Assembly: GCF_056746865.1 (NCBI RefSeq)
Contig: NZ_CM163382.1
Length of the DNA: 64,000 bases
Reading direction: 5' to 3' (one strand)
Shown here: positions 22,231 through 34,075 of the stretch, in pieces
Layout of the letters: each line of letters opens with the position of its first letter
Position numbering within the stretch: position 1 is the first letter of the stretch
Notes under the pieces: model-generated
Database searches by the model: none
Seen by the model: the letters and a program-made list of their open reading frames with translations, nothing else
Told to the model about the DNA's origin: nothing
Made by a program: the position numbers and the translations under genes

Positions 22231-22501
22231 TTGCTTGATCCCTATGAAATAACCGTACCGTTCATGAGACAATTCTAACCGTGAGCATTTCGCCGGTTTA
22301 TTGTTTACGGCGAGACGGGAATTTGCTCACTTTTTGACTTTCCGTTACGCAACAAAAAAAGTTAAAAACGAAAAGACTAAAATCACACGTCTTGTGACCT
22401 GCTAAATTGATTCACATGCTAAATCTGATAAGTTTTAATTTCAATGGTAGGTTTATTTCTTAGCTTTCGCTAGTAAACTGATAATCAGACAAAATGATGA
22501 C
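22231..22501. promoter_or_regulatory. Divergent bcsRQAB / bcsEFG promoter region
   Basis: AT-rich 270-bp spacer between divergently oriented bcsR and bcsE. No individual sites assigned. Confidence 0.4.
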
Positions 22502-24073
22502 ATGAGGGACATTGTGGACCCTGTATTCTCTATCGGTATCTCATCATTATGGGATGAGCTGCGACATATGCCAGCAGGCGGCGTCTGGTGGTTTAACGTC
22601 GATCGCCATGAAGATGCTATCAGTCTGGCGAATCAAACAATTGCATCCCAGGCTGAAACCGCACACGTCGCGGTCATTAGCATGGACAGCGATCCGGCGA
22701 AAATCTTTCAATTAGATGATTCTCAAGGACCGGAAAAAATAAAATTATTTTCAATGCTAAATCATGAAAAAGGTCTATACTATTTGGCCCGTGATTTGCA
22801 GTGTTCTATTGATCCCCATAATTACCTTTTTATTCTTGTTTGCGCAAATAACGCATGGCAAAACATTCCTGCCGAGCGGCTTCGCTTATGGTTGGATAAA
22901 ATGAATAAATGGAGCAGGTTAAACCATTGTTCGCTTTTGGTAATTAATCCCGGAAATAATAACGATAAACAATTTTCATTGTTGCTTGAGGAATACCGTT
23001 CACTTTTTGGTCTTGCCAGTTTGCGTTTTCAGGGCGACCAACATTTGCTGGATATTGCCTTCTGGTGCAACGAAAAAGGGGTCAGCGCCCGTCAGCAGCT
23101 TAGCGTTCAGCAACAAAAGGGGATCTGGACATTAGTTCAAAGCGAAGAGGCGGAGATCCAACCACGCAGCGACGAAAAACGCATTCTGAGTAATGTTGCT
23201 GTACTGGAAGGTGCGCCACCGCTATCGGAACACTGGCAACTGTTCAACAATAACGAAGTCCTGTTCAATGAAGCCCGTACCGCTCAGGCGGCGACGGTGG
23301 TCTTTTCTTTACAGCAAAATGCGCAAATCGAGCCACTGGCCCGCAGCATTCATACCCTGCGTCGCCAGCGCGGTAGTGCGATGAAAATCCTCGTACGGGA
23401 AAATACCGCAAGCCTGCGCGCCACCGATGAACGTTTGTTATTGGCCTGCGGTGCAAATATGGTTATCCCATGGAATGCCCCACTCTCCCGCTGTCTGACG
23501 ATGATCGAAAGCGTGCAAGGGCAGAAGTTTAGTCGCTATGTGCCGGAAGATATCACTACCTTGCTGTCAATGACCCAGCCGCTCAAACTGCGTGGTTTCC
23601 AGAAGTGGGATGTGTTCTGTAATGCCGTCAACAACATGATGAATAACCCTCTATTACCTGCCCACGGTAAAGGCGTTCTGGTTGCCCTACGTCCGGTACC
23701 GGGTATCCGCGTTGAACAAGCCCTGACGCTGTGTCGCCCTAACCGCACCGGCGATATCATGACTATTGGCGGTAATCGGCTGGTGCTGTTTCTCTCATTC
23801 TGTCGGATTAACGATCTGGATACCGCGTTGAATCATATTTTCCCATTGCCGACTGGCGACATTTTCTCAAACCGTATGGTCTGGTTTGAAGATGATCAAA
23901 TCAGTGCCGAGCTGGTGCAGATGCGCCTGCTTGCCCCAGAACAATGGGGCATGCCGCTGCCTTTAACGCAAAATTCTAAACCGGTCATTAATGCCGAGCA
24001 CGATGGTCGCCACTGGCGACGAATACCAGAACCAATGCGACTGTTAGATGATGCTGTGGAGCGCTCATCATGA
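22502..24073 (+). CDS. bcsE: Cellulose biosynthesis protein BcsE (c-di-GMP binding)
   Basis: 523-aa [48 protein letters not shown].... Confidence 0.92.
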
Positions 24074-24261
24074 TGACCATCAGCGATATCATTGAAATTA
24101 TTGTCGTTTGCGCACTGATATTTTTCCCGCTGGGCTATCTGGCGCGGCACTCTTTGCGACGCATTCGCGACACCTTACGTTTGTTCTTTGCTAAACCTCG
24201 TTATGTTAAACCGGCCGGGACGTTACGCCGCACGGAAAAAGCCAGGGCAACCAAAAAATGA
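24070..24261 (+). CDS. bcsF: Cellulose biosynthesis membrane protein BcsF
   Basis: 63-aa [66 protein letters not shown], overlapping the bcsE stop and the bcsG start. Confidence 0.85.
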
Positions 24262-25937
24262 CTCAATTTACGCAAAATACCGCCATGCCTTCTTCCCTCT
24301 GGCAATACTGGCGCGGCCTTTCCGGCTGGAACTTCTATTTTCTGGTTAAGTTCGGCCTGTTGTGGGCGGGATATCTTAACTTCCATCCGCTCCTCAATCT
24401 GGTGTTTGCCGCGTTTCTGCTGATGCCCATTCCGCGCTACAGCCTGCATCGCTTACGCCACTGGATTGCCCTGCCGATCGGCTTTGCTTTGTTCTGGCAT
24501 GACACCTGGTTGCCTGGCCCGGAAAGCATAATGAGCCAGGGTTCGCAGGTGGCGGGGTTCAGTTCCGATTATTTAATCGACCTTGTCACACGCTTTATTA
24601 ACTGGCAGATGATTGGGGCCATTTTTGTTTTATTAGTGGCCTGGTTATTCCTGTCACAATGGATTCGCATTACCGTTTTTGTGGTTGCCATTCTGCTATG
24701 GCTGAACGTACTTACCCTGGCGGGACCAAGTTTCTCCTTGTGGCCTGCCGGTCAACCGACGACCACTGTAACAACGACGGGTGGTAACGCAGCGGCAACC
24801 GTTGCCGCGACGGGTGGCGCACCGGTAGTGGGTGATATGCCCGCACAAACAGCACCGCCAACAACGGCGAACCTTAACGCCTGGCTGAATAATTTCTATA
24901 ACGCAGAGGCGAAACGTAAATCGATCTTCCCATCTTCGCTGCCTGCTGATGCTCAGCCATTTGAACTACTGGTGATTAATATCTGTTCGCTTTCCTGGTC
25001 GGATATAGAAGCCGCCGGGTTGATGTCGCATCCGCTGTGGTCGCATTTCGATATTGAGTTCAAGAACTTTAACTCCGCCACCTCCTACAGTGGCCCGGCG
25101 GCGATCCGTTTACTGCGCGCCAGCTGCGGGCAGACTTCGCACACTAATCTGTATCAACCGGCAAATAACGACTGCTATCTGTTTGATAACCTGTCGAAAC
25201 TGGGCTTTACCCAGCACCTGATGATGGGACATAACGGCCAGTTCGGCGGTTTTTTGAAAGAAGTTCGCGAAAATGGCGGCATGCAGACCGAATTGATGGA
25301 TCAAACAAATCTGCCGGTTATTTTGCTGGGCTTTGATGGTTCGCCGGTTTATGACGATACCGCCGTGCTTAACCGCTGGCTGGACGTTACCGAAAAAGAT
25401 AAAAACAGCCGTAGTGCCACGTTCTACAACACGCTTCCACTGCATGACGGCAACCATTATCCGGGCGTCAGCAAAACAGCGGATTACAAAGCGCGGGCGC
25501 AGAAATTCTTTGATGAACTGGACGCCTTCTTTACTGAACTGGAGAAATCGGGTCGTAAAGTGATGGTGGTCGTGGTGCCGGAACACGGCGGCGCGCTGAA
25601 GGGCGACAGAATGCAGGTATCTGGCCTACGTGATATCCCTAGCCCGTCTATCACAGACGTCCCCGTTGGGGTGAAATTCTTCGGCATGAAGGCACCACAT
25701 CAGGGGGCACCGATTGTCATCGACCAACCGAGCAGCTTCCTGGCTATCTCCGATCTGGTGGTTCGCGTTCTTGATGGCAAGATTTTCTCCGAAGACAATG
25801 TTGACTGGAAAAAACTCACCAGTGGGTTGCCACAAACAGCACCGGTCTCCGAGAACTCAAATGCAGTAGTTATTCAATACCAGGATAAACCGTACGTTCG
25901 CCTGAACGGCGGCGACTGGGTGCCTTACCCGCAATAA
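24258..25937 (+). CDS. bcsG: Cellulose phosphoethanolamine transferase BcsG
   Basis: 559-aa [50 protein letters not shown].... Confidence 0.92.
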
Positions 25938-25942
25938 GAACG

Positions 25943-25973
25943 AAAAAGGCCGCAGAGTTTCACCCCTGCGGCC
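25943..25973 (-). terminator. Terminator of ldr copy 1 (also immediately 3' of bcsG)
   Basis: aggccgcag-agtttcacccc-tgcggcct hairpin followed on the minus strand by U5 (plus-strand A5 at 25943-25947). Confidence 0.55.
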
Positions 25974-26023
25974 TGATCCGGGCGCAAATTGCCATTACGG
26001 CAGCCTGACGCCCGCATGACACG

Positions 26024-26131
26024 TTACTTCCGCTTATTCAGCGAGTTCACGATCAGACTGGCAAGAATGCCAGCAATGACCGGAGCCGCTAAATCATGCC
26101 AGAAGGCCATGCCCAGTTCTGCGAGCGTCAT
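26024..26131 (-). CDS. ldrD: Ldr-family type I toxin peptide, copy 1 (35 aa)
   Basis: MTLAELGMAFWHDLAAPVIAGILASLIVNSLNKRK; matches the Ldr toxin family (FWHDLAAP...AGI). Confidence 0.8.
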   Translation of the reverse strand: MTLAELGMAFWHDLAAPVIAGILASLIVNSLNKRK

Positions 26132-26334
26132 ATAGCCGCCTCTGTTGTAATGACAACGTTTCGCGGCTATTCTTGAGTTGTTTGGGTTCAAGATTAGCCC
26201 CCGTGATGTTGTCAGGTGCATACCTGCAACGTGCGGGGGTTTTCTCTCTCCAGCAACCAATGCCACCAGGGATTAAGCCCCCGCAACATTGCGCCTCACC
26301 GGAACCCTTCCGGCTTGCCGCTGATTCTACGGCC
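26132..26334 (+). ncRNA. rdlD: Region expected to encode the Rdl antisense RNA of ldr copy 1 (ends not resolved)
   Basis: In ldr/rdl loci the antisense Rdl RNA is encoded opposite the ldr 5' leader. Coordinates bracket the leader only; I could not define the RNA ends from sequence. Confidence 0.3.
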
Positions 26335-26425
26335 ATTTTTGTTCGTCGAAATCCATCACTTCTTCACTCTGTGCTGCGCATTCCGCAGAATATTATCCGC
26401 TTGCAGCCGTTGCATTTTTCTTACG

Positions 26426-26456
26426 AAAAAGGCCGCAGAGTTTTATCCCTGCGGCC
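26426..26456 (-). terminator. Terminator of ldr copy 2
   Basis: ggccgcag-agttttatccc-ctgcggcc hairpin with plus-strand A5 at 26426-26430. Confidence 0.55.
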
Positions 26457-26506
26457 TGATCCGGGCGCAAATTGCCATTACGGCAGCCTGACGCCCGTCT
26501 GACACG

Positions 26507-26614
26507 TTACTTCTGCTTGTTCAGCCAGTTCACGATCATGCTGGCAAGAATGCCAGCAATGACCGGAGCCGCTAAATCGTGCCAGAAGGCCATGCCCAGC
26601 TCTGCGAGCGTCAT
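26507..26614 (-). CDS. ldrD: Ldr-family type I toxin peptide, copy 2 (35 aa)
   Basis: MTLAELGMAFWHDLAAPVIAGILASMIVNWLNKQK. Confidence 0.8.
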   Translation of the reverse strand: MTLAELGMAFWHDLAAPVIAGILASMIVNWLNKQK

Positions 26615-26814
26615 ATAGCCGCCTCTGTTGTAATGACAACGTTTCGCGGCTATTCTTGAGTTGTGTAGGTTCAAGAATGGCCCCCGTGATGTTGTCAGGT
26701 GCATACCTGCAACGTGCGGGGGTTTTCTCTCTCCAGCAACCAATGCCACCAGGGATAAAGCCCCCGCAACATTGCGCCTCACCGGAACCTTTCCGGCTTG
26801 CCGCTGATTCTACG
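26615..26814 (+). ncRNA. rdlD: Region expected to encode the Rdl antisense RNA of ldr copy 2 (ends not resolved)
   Basis: Same reasoning as for copy 1. Confidence 0.3.
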
Positions 26815-27089
26815 ATTGCTTTTTACCGTCAGCACCCGGCAATCTTCCTCATTGCGCGATGCCTTCCAGCTTAATTTCTTTATTTGCAATAGTTGCAGTT
26901 CATATCCGAGCTGACTCCAGACTGGTAGTGAAATGCGCAATTTTGTAGAATTGCGCCTCCTCGCGACCTCCCCAGTGAATCTGTTGCCTCATTTTTTACA
27001 TACTGCGTATTCGACTTCTCCACCTGTTGCGCAAGAGAAACTGGGTTTATTCATTTTTGCGAGGCCGACTTCTTTCTGGACAGGACTTT

Positions 27090-28361
27090 ATGCAGCACAA
27101 CACACTACCGAAACACAATCAGAAATTGCCGTTTACACGCTACGACTTCGGCTGGGTTTTATTATGCATAGGCATGGCGATTGGTGCCGGAACCGTGCTG
27201 ATGCCAGTACAAATTGGCTTGAAGGGAATTTGGGTATTTATTACCGCAGCGATCATTGCTTATCCTGCCACCTGGGTAGTGCAGGACATTTATTTAAAAA
27301 CCCTTTCTGAAAGCGATTCCTGTAATGACTACACCGATATTATCAGTCATTACCTGGGGAAGAACTGGGGAATTTTCCTCGGGGTTATCTACTTTTTGAT
27401 GATTATCCACGGGATTTTTATCTACTCTCTCTCCGTGGTTTTCGACAGCGCCTCGTACCTGAAAACCTTCGGTTTAACCGATGCCGATCTTTCACAATCT
27501 CTACTTTATAAAGTCGCCATTTTCGCCGTACTGGTGGCAATTGCGTCTGGTGGTGAACGATTACTGTTTAAGATTTCCGGGCCAATGGTGGTGGTCAAAG
27601 TAGGGATTATCGTCGTGTTCGGTTTTGCGATGATCCCGCACTGGAATTTCGCCAATATAACCGCCTTCCCGCAAGCCTCCGTCTTTTTCCGCGATGTCCT
27701 GCTTACCATTCCCTTTTGCTTCTTTTCTGCGGTATTTATTCAGGTACTTAACCCAATGAATATTGCCTATCGTAAACGGGAAGCGGATAAAGTACTGGCA
27801 ACCCGGCTCGCGCTGCGTACCCACCGAATTAGTTATATCACGCTCATTGCGGTGATCCTGTTTTTTGCCTTTTCGTTTACCTTCTCAATTAGCCACGAAG
27901 AAGCCGTTTCTGCCTTTGAACAAAATATCTCGGCACTGGCACTGGCCGCGCAGGTGATCCCTGGGCATATCATTCATATCACCTCTACGGTGCTGAATAT
28001 CTTTGCCGTACTGACCGCATTCTTTGGCATTTATCTCGGTTTCCACGAGGCCATTAAAGGCATTATTCTCAATCTGTTAAGCCGAATTATTGATACCAAG
28101 AAAATTAACTCACGCATGCTGACTCTGGCGATCTGCGCTTTTATCGTCATTACGTTGACGATTTGGGTTTCGTTTCGTGTATCGGTGCTGGTGTTCTTTC
28201 AGTTGGGAAGCCCGTTATATGGCATTGTGTCGTGCCTCATTCCGTTTTTCCTGATCTATAAAGTCGCACAACTGGAAAAACTTCGCGGGTTTAAAGCCTG
28301 GCTGATTCTGCTGTACGGCATTTTGTTATGCTTGTCGCCACTGTTGAAGCTGATTGAGTAA
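27090..28361 (+). CDS. yhjV: Putative amino-acid/H+ symporter-family transporter YhjV
   Basis: ATG at 27090 gives [43 protein letters not shown]... (423 aa), a polytopic membrane protein. Confidence 0.88.
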   Translation: MQHNTLPKHNQKLPFTRYDFGWVLLCIGMAIGAGTVLMPVQIGLKGIWVFITAAIIAYPATWVVQDIYLKTLSESDSCNDYTDIISHYLGKNWGIFLGVIYFLMIIHGIFIYSLSVVFDSASYLKTFGLTDADLSQSLLYKVAIFAVLVAIASGGERLLFKISGPMVVVKVGIIVVFGFAMIPHWNFANITAFPQASVFFRDVLLTIPFCFFSAVFIQVLNPMNIAYRKREADKVLATRLALRTHRISYITLIAVILFFAFSFTFSISHEEAVSAFEQNISALALAAQVIPGHIIHITSTVLNIFAVLTAFFGIYLGFHEAIKGIILNLLSRIIDTKKINSRMLTLAICAFIVITLTIWVSFRVSVLVFFQLGSPLYGIVSCLIPFFLIYKVAQLEKLRGFKAWLILLYGILLCLSPLLKLIE

Positions 28362-28390
28362 ACCGGAGCGCATGGCCCCGGTTTTGTGAG

Positions 28391-29395
28391 TTACCGCTGC
28401 GGATTTTCATCCTGATCAACAGCAAAACAAGCTACCAGTTGACCGCCGTAGTCTTTTAGCTGCGGCTGCAACTGGGTGCAGGGGCCGAAGCGCCGACGAC
28501 AGCGGGCGTTAAACGCGCAGCCCGGCGGTGGATTGAGCGGGCTTGGCAGTTCACCGGTGAGCTTGATGCGCTCGCGGCGATCGTCCGGGTTCAGGCGCGG
28601 CGTCGCGGAGAGTAGCGCCTGAGTGTACGGATGACGCGGATTATTGAAGATTTGGTCCTTCGTTCCCTTCTCCACGCAGCGGCCCAGGTACATCACCATC
28701 ACTTCATCGGCAATGTGCTCAACCACTGACAGGTCGTGCGAGATAAAGACATAAGACAGCCCCAACTCCTGCTGCAAATCCATCATCAGATTCAGCACCT
28801 GCGCACGCACTGAAACGTCCAGCGCAGAAACCGGTTCATCGGCAATCACCACATCCGGGTCGAGCATCAGACCACGGGCAATGGCGATACGCTGACGCTG
28901 ACCGCCGGAGAACATATGCGGATAGCGGTCGTAATGCTCGGTTTTCAGGCCGACTTTCGCCATCATCGACAGGGCTTTTTCCCGACGCTGTTCTTTGCTT
29001 AAGCTGGTATTAATAAGCAGCGGCTCTTCAAGAATTTGCCCAACTTTTTTACGCGGATTTAGCGAACCATAGGGATTCTGAAAGACGATCTGGATTTTCT
29101 GCCGACGCAACTTCTGCGCCTGCGGATCGTGCTTGAGCAGATCCTGCCCCTGGTAATACAGCTCACCACCGGTGGGCATTTCGATCATCGTCAGCAACCG
29201 ACCGAGGGTCGATTTACCGCAGCCAGATTCACCTACTACTGCCAGCGTTTTGCCACGTTCAAGGTTAAACGAAACGCCGTCCAGCGCCTTCACCAGACGT
29301 TCCGGCGCGAACATACCTTTCTTCACCGGATAATGTTTTTTCAGGTCGATAGCCTGCAACAGCGGTTGTTGCGAGGTGGCCTCATGCGTACTCAT
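28391..29395 (-). CDS. dppF: Dipeptide ABC transporter ATP-binding protein DppF
   Basis: 334-aa ORF with Walker [10 protein letters not shown] and signature LSGGQRQR. Confidence 0.95.
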
Positions 29396-30375
29396 AGTGT
29401 CGGCCTCCCGGCATCATCAAGTGGGTAATGGCATTTGGACTGACGCCCGTCAGCGAGCATATTCAGCGCCGGTTCTTCAGCGCGACATCTGTCAGTGGCA
29501 TAGGGGCAGCGCGGGTTAAGCAGGCAGCCGTTCGGGCGGTCATACTTGCCGGGAACAACACCTGGCAACGACGCCAGACGTTCTTTGTCCTGAGCAAATT
29601 CCGGCAGCGCACGCAGCAATGCCTGAGTATATGGATGACGCGGCGCATGGAAGATGGCGTGGGCATCGCCCGTTTCCACCACCTGGCCTGCATACATCAC
29701 GATGATTTTATGTGCCGCTTCCGCCACCAGCGCCAGGTCATGGGTAATTAACACCAGCGCCATGTTCTCTTTCTGCTGTAGCTCCAGCAGTAGTTCAATG
29801 ATTTGCGCCTGAATGGTCACGTCCAGCGCGGTGGTCGGCTCATCGGCAATCAGCAGCTTTGGCCGACAGGCAATCGCCATGGCGATCATCACGCGCTGGC
29901 TCATGCCGCCGGAAAGCTGATGCGGGTAAACATCCAGACGCGAAGCCGGATCGGGAATACCGACCTGATTCAGCAGGTCAATCGCCCGCTGACGGCGGGT
30001 ACTTTTGTTGCCGCCCTGATGCACCTTAATCGCTTCCATAATCTGGAAACCCACGGTGTAGCACGGGTTAAGGCTGGTCATCGGGTCCTGGAAGATCATC
30101 GCCACTTCGGCACCCACCAGGTTGCGGCGCTCTTTTTCTGAGATACGCTGTAAATCCTGACCGTTAAACTCCAGCTTTTCCGCCATTACGCGGCCCGGAT
30201 AATCAATCAGCCCCATAATCGCCAGCGAACTGACCGATTTACCAGAGCCGGACTCACCCACAATCCCGACCACTTCGCCCTGTTTTACGCTGTAGCTGAT
30301 GCGGTCTACGGCGCGGAACGGTGCGCTTTCGTCGCCGAAATGCACCGATAATTTATCTACATTTAATAACGCCAT
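29392..30375 (-). CDS. dppD: Dipeptide ABC transporter ATP-binding protein DppD
   Basis: 327-aa ORF with Walker A GESGSGKS and signature LSGGMSQR. 4-nt overlap with dppF. Confidence 0.95.
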
Positions 30376-30385
30376 CTCGAACCTC

Positions 30386-31288
30386 TTACTGCTTCAGTTT
30401 GGGATCGAGCGCGTCACGCAGACCGTCACCCATCAGGTTAAATGCCAGCACCGTCAGCAGGATCGCCAGACCCGGGAAGGTCACGACCCACCAGGCGCTT
30501 TGCGCGAACTGCAACACGTCGGAGAGCATGGTGCCCCACTCCGGCGTTGGCGGCTGCGCCCCCATGCCGAGGAAACCAAGAGCAGCCATATCGAGAATGG
30601 CGTTAGAGAAACCGAGCGACGCCTGAACAATCAGAGGCGCAAGGCAGTTCGGGAAGATGTTAATAAACATCTGACGCATCGCCCCGGCACCTGCCACGCG
30701 AGACGCGGTAACGTAATCGCGATTCACCTCCACCAGCACGGCGGCGCGGGTTAAGCGCACATAGTGCGGCAAGGCAACGAAGGTCAATGCCAGCGCGGCG
30801 TTACCAATCGACGGGCCGAAAATTGCCACCAGCACCAGTGCCAACAGCAAACTTGGCAGCGCCAGCATGATATCGACCACGCGCATGATGATGTTATCGA
30901 CCAGGCCTCCGAAGTAACCGGCGATCAGGCCGAGAATAACGCCCATAATCAGCGATAACACAACTACCAGACAGCCAACCAGCAGTGACAATCGCGCACC
31001 GTACATCAGACGCGACAGCACATCACGGCCTACGTCATCGGTGCCCAGCAAGTGCGCCATGCTGCCGCCTTCCTGCCAGGCTGGCGGGGCGAGCAGTGCA
31101 TCGCGGAACTGTTCCGCCGGGTTATAGGGTGCAATCCAGTTGGCAAAGATCGCGATAAACAGCACGATGACGACGTAAACCAGCCCGACGACCGCGCCTT
31201 TGTTGCGTTTAAAATAGTGCCAGAACTCCTGTAACGGGGTCATCGGCACCGGTGCGCTAATCACTTTATTTTCAGTAACCTGTGACAT
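30386..31288 (-). CDS. dppC: Dipeptide ABC transporter permease DppC
   Basis: 300-aa polytopic membrane [36 protein letters not shown].... Confidence 0.95.
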
Positions 31289-31297
31289 GATGTCCCC

Positions 31298-32317
31298 TTA
31301 CTTCTTATGACGAATACGCGGGTTCACCACGCCGTACAGCAGATCGACCAGCAAGTTGACGAGGATAATCATCGTCGCCACCAGCAATACGCCGCCCTGC
31401 ACTACCGGATAGTCGCGGCGTTGCAGTGCGTCAATCAACCAGCGCCCCAGACCGGGCCACGAGAAGATGGTTTCGGTCAGAATCGCCCCCGCCAGCAATG
31501 TTCCCACCTGGAGGCCGATAACGGTCACTACCGGCAGCATCGCGTTACGCAGCGCATGGACGATAATCACCCGCATGCGGGTCAGCCCTTTGGCGCGCGC
31601 GGTGCGGATATAATCTTCACCTAGCACTTCCAGCATCGAGGAGCGTGTCATACGCACAATGACCGCCAGCGGGATAGTACCCAGCACAATGGCGGGCAAG
31701 ATCATATGGGCGACGGCATCGATAAAGTTACCGTCTTCACCCCAGATGGCGGTGTCGATCAGCATAAAACCGGTTAACGGATTGGAATCATCGAGGAACA
31801 CCATGTCGCTCACGCGACCGGAGACGGGCGTCAGGTTCCAGTGCACCGAAACCAGCATGATCAGCATCATGCCCCACCAGAAGATCGGCATCGAGTAGCC
31901 GGTCAGCGCCAGACCAACCGCCGTGTGATCGAAAATGGAACCGCGTTTAACCGCAGCCAGCACACCGACTGGAATACCGACCGCAGTCGCAAAAATCATC
32001 GCGCAGACACCAAGCTCCAGCGTGGCCTGAAAGCGCGGCACGAACTCTTCCCAAACCGGGATGCGGCTTTTCATCGAAATGCCTAAATCGCCGTGCATTA
32101 CGCTCCAAATGTAATTGAGATACTGCTGCCACATCGGTTTATCTAAGCCGAGTTCAGCCAGCAGCTGCGCGTGACGCTCTGGGGAGATCCCACGTTCGCC
32201 CGCCATGATCATCACCGGATCGCCCGGGATCATGTGGACAAAGGCAAATGTGAGAAGGGTAATACCGATAAACGTGGGGATGACGAGTCCCAAACGTCGG
32301 AGAATAAACTGCAACAT
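31298..32317 (-). CDS. dppB: Dipeptide ABC transporter permease DppB
   Basis: ATG at 32315-32317 gives MLQFILRRLGLVIPTFIGITLLTFAFVHMIPGDPV... (339 aa). Confidence 0.95.
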   Translation of the reverse strand: MLQFILRRLGLVIPTFIGITLLTFAFVHMIPGDPVMIMAGERGISPERHAQLLAELGLDKPMWQQYLNYIWSVMHGDLGISMKSRIPVWEEFVPRFQATLELGVCAMIFATAVGIPVGVLAAVKRGSIFDHTAVGLALTGYSMPIFWWGMMLIMLVSVHWNLTPVSGRVSDMVFLDDSNPLTGFMLIDTAIWGEDGNFIDAVAHMILPAIVLGTIPLAVIVRMTRSSMLEVLGEDYIRTARAKGLTRMRVIIVHALRNAMLPVVTVIGLQVGTLLAGAILTETIFSWPGLGRWLIDALQRRDYPVVQGGVLLVATMIILVNLLVDLLYGVVNPRIRHKK

Positions 32318-32467
32318 AACCCGGATTCTCTGTAGTGACCCGCAGCCTGGAACTGCGTGTCTGTATTGCTCACAAATCAATTCCCGCCCAGGTCGGGCAG
32401 GGAATGAAGTATTGCTGCCGGATGGCGCTGCACGCAGAGGCACAGCGCCACCGGGTATGGCTTTTAA

Positions 32468-34075
32468 TTATTCGATAGAGACGTTTTCGAAGTGATGTTT
32501 GCCTAATGGATCAACCACATAGCCTTTAACTTCTTTGCGTACCGGTTCAAACACGGTGGAGTGAGCGATGATCAGTGCCGGAGCCTGATCGTGCATCACC
32601 ACCTGCGCTTGCTTGTACAGTTCAACGCGTTTGTTATGGTCGTCGGTAGCACGCGCCGGTTGAATCAGATCTTCAAACGGTTTGTAGCACCATTTTGAGT
32701 AGTTGGAGCCTTGTTCAGAGGCGGCGCAGCTGAACAGGGTGGCGAAGAAGTTATCCGGATCCCCATTATCGCCAGTCCAGCCCATCATTACCGTCTGGTG
32801 CTCGCCATCTTTCGCACGCTTGAGGTACTCACCCCATTCGTAGGTGACAATTTTGGCCTGCACGCCGACTTTCGCCCAGTCTGCCTGAATCATCTCCGCC
32901 ATGCGGCGAGCGTTCGGGTTATACGGACGTTGTACCGGCATCGCCCACAGGTCGATGGAGAAACCTTTTTCCAGACCCGCTTCTTTCAGCAAGGCTTTCG
33001 CTTTTTCAGGATCGTAGGTGTAGTCCTGAACGTCGTCGTTATAGCCCCACATGGTTGGCGGGATCAGGTTTTTCGCTGCCACGCCCGCGCCCTGATAAAC
33101 CGCTTTGATGATAGCGTCTTTGTTCACCGCGTAGGTCAGAGCCTGGCGAACTTTCACGTCATCAAGTGGTTTTTTCTGCACGTTATATGAAAGATAGCCG
33201 ACGTTAAGCCCCGGCATTTCCATCAGATTGATGGATTTATCCTGCTTCATGCGAGCGATATCTGCCGGGTTCGGGTACGGCATCACCTGGCATTCATTCT
33301 TCTGCAATTTCGCGTAACGCACGGAAGCATCAGGGGTAATAGAGAAAACCAGCGTATCGATCTGCGGTTTGGTGCCCCAGTAGCCATCAAACGCTTTGTA
33401 GCGGATACGGGAATCTTTTTGGTACTGCTGTAACTGGAACGGACCGGTGCCGATTGGGTTGAGGTCCAGTTTTTCCGGTGTACCGGCTTTCATCATCGCG
33501 TCAGCATATTCTTTTGACAGAATAGAGGCGAAGTCCATTGCCAGGTCAGCGAGGAACGGCGCTTCCGGGCGAGTCAGCACAAACTGAACGGTGTTGTCGT
33601 CCACCTTTTTCACTTCGCTGATCAGCTCCGGCAAGCCCATGCCTTCAAAGTATTCGTAGCTGCCGCCAGAAACTTTATGGTACGGGTTTTGCGCGTTTTT
33701 CTGACGATCGAACGAGAACACCACGTCATCGGCGTTCAGTTCGCGCGTCGGTTTGAATTCTTTGTTGTCGTGCCACTTCACACCTTTACGCAGATGGAAG
33801 GTATAGGTTTTACCGTCTTCGCTGACTTCCCACTTTTCAGCGAGGCCCGGGATTACTTCGGTGGTGCCGATTTTAAATTCAACCAGGCGGTTATAAAGCG
33901 GCACGGAAGAGGCGTCATAGGTGGTACCGGAGGTAAACAGCTGCGGGTTAAACCCTTCCGGAGATCCTTCTGAGCAATAAACCAGAGTTTTAGCCTGAAC
34001 ACTTGCTGCGACGGTCATAGCCACCAGGCTGAGACCAAGCTTCAGCATCCCTGACTTTTTCAAGGAAATACGCAT
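32468..34075 (-). CDS. dppA: Periplasmic dipeptide-binding protein DppA
   Basis: 535-aa ORF MRISLKKSGMLKLGLSLVAMTVAASVQAKTLVYCSEGSPEGFNPQLF... with a signal peptide. Confidence 0.95.
   Translation of the reverse strand: MRISLKKSGMLKLGLSLVAMTVAASVQAKTLVYCSEGSPEGFNPQLFTSGTTYDASSVPLYNRLVEFKIGTTEVIPGLAEKWEVSEDGKTYTFHLRKGVKWHDNKEFKPTRELNADDVVFSFDRQKNAQNPYHKVSGGSYEYFEGMGLPELISEVKKVDDNTVQFVLTRPEAPFLADLAMDFASILSKEYADAMMKAGTPEKLDLNPIGTGPFQLQQYQKDSRIRYKAFDGYWGTKPQIDTLVFSITPDASVRYAKLQKNECQVMPYPNPADIARMKQDKSINLMEMPGLNVGYLSYNVQKKPLDDVKVRQALTYAVNKDAIIKAVYQGAGVAAKNLIPPTMWGYNDDVQDYTYDPEKAKALLKEAGLEKGFSIDLWAMPVQRPYNPNARRMAEMIQADWAKVGVQAKIVTYEWGEYLKRAKDGEHQTVMMGWTGDNGDPDNFFATLFSCAASEQGSNYSKWCYKPFEDLIQPARATDDHNKRVELYKQAQVVMHDQAPALIIAHSTVFEPVRKEVKGYVVDPLGKHHFENVSIE

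Larger units (their letters stand above)
25941..26814. repeat. Tandem duplication of the ldr/rdl type I toxin-antitoxin module
   Basis: Two units, 25941-26334 and 26424-26814, nearly identical by eye and separated by an 89-bp unique spacer. Each carries an ldr ORF and a terminator hairpin. Confidence 0.8.

Noticed and set aside
25941-26900. Possible CRISPR array suggested by the repeated ~480-bp units
   Set aside because: Only two long repeats, each containing a protein-coding ldr toxin gene; no short regularly spaced repeats or cas genes.
26933-27310. 125-aa ORF upstream of and overlapping the yhjV start
   Set aside because: Different frame from yhjV and mostly in its promoter/leader; no supporting signals.
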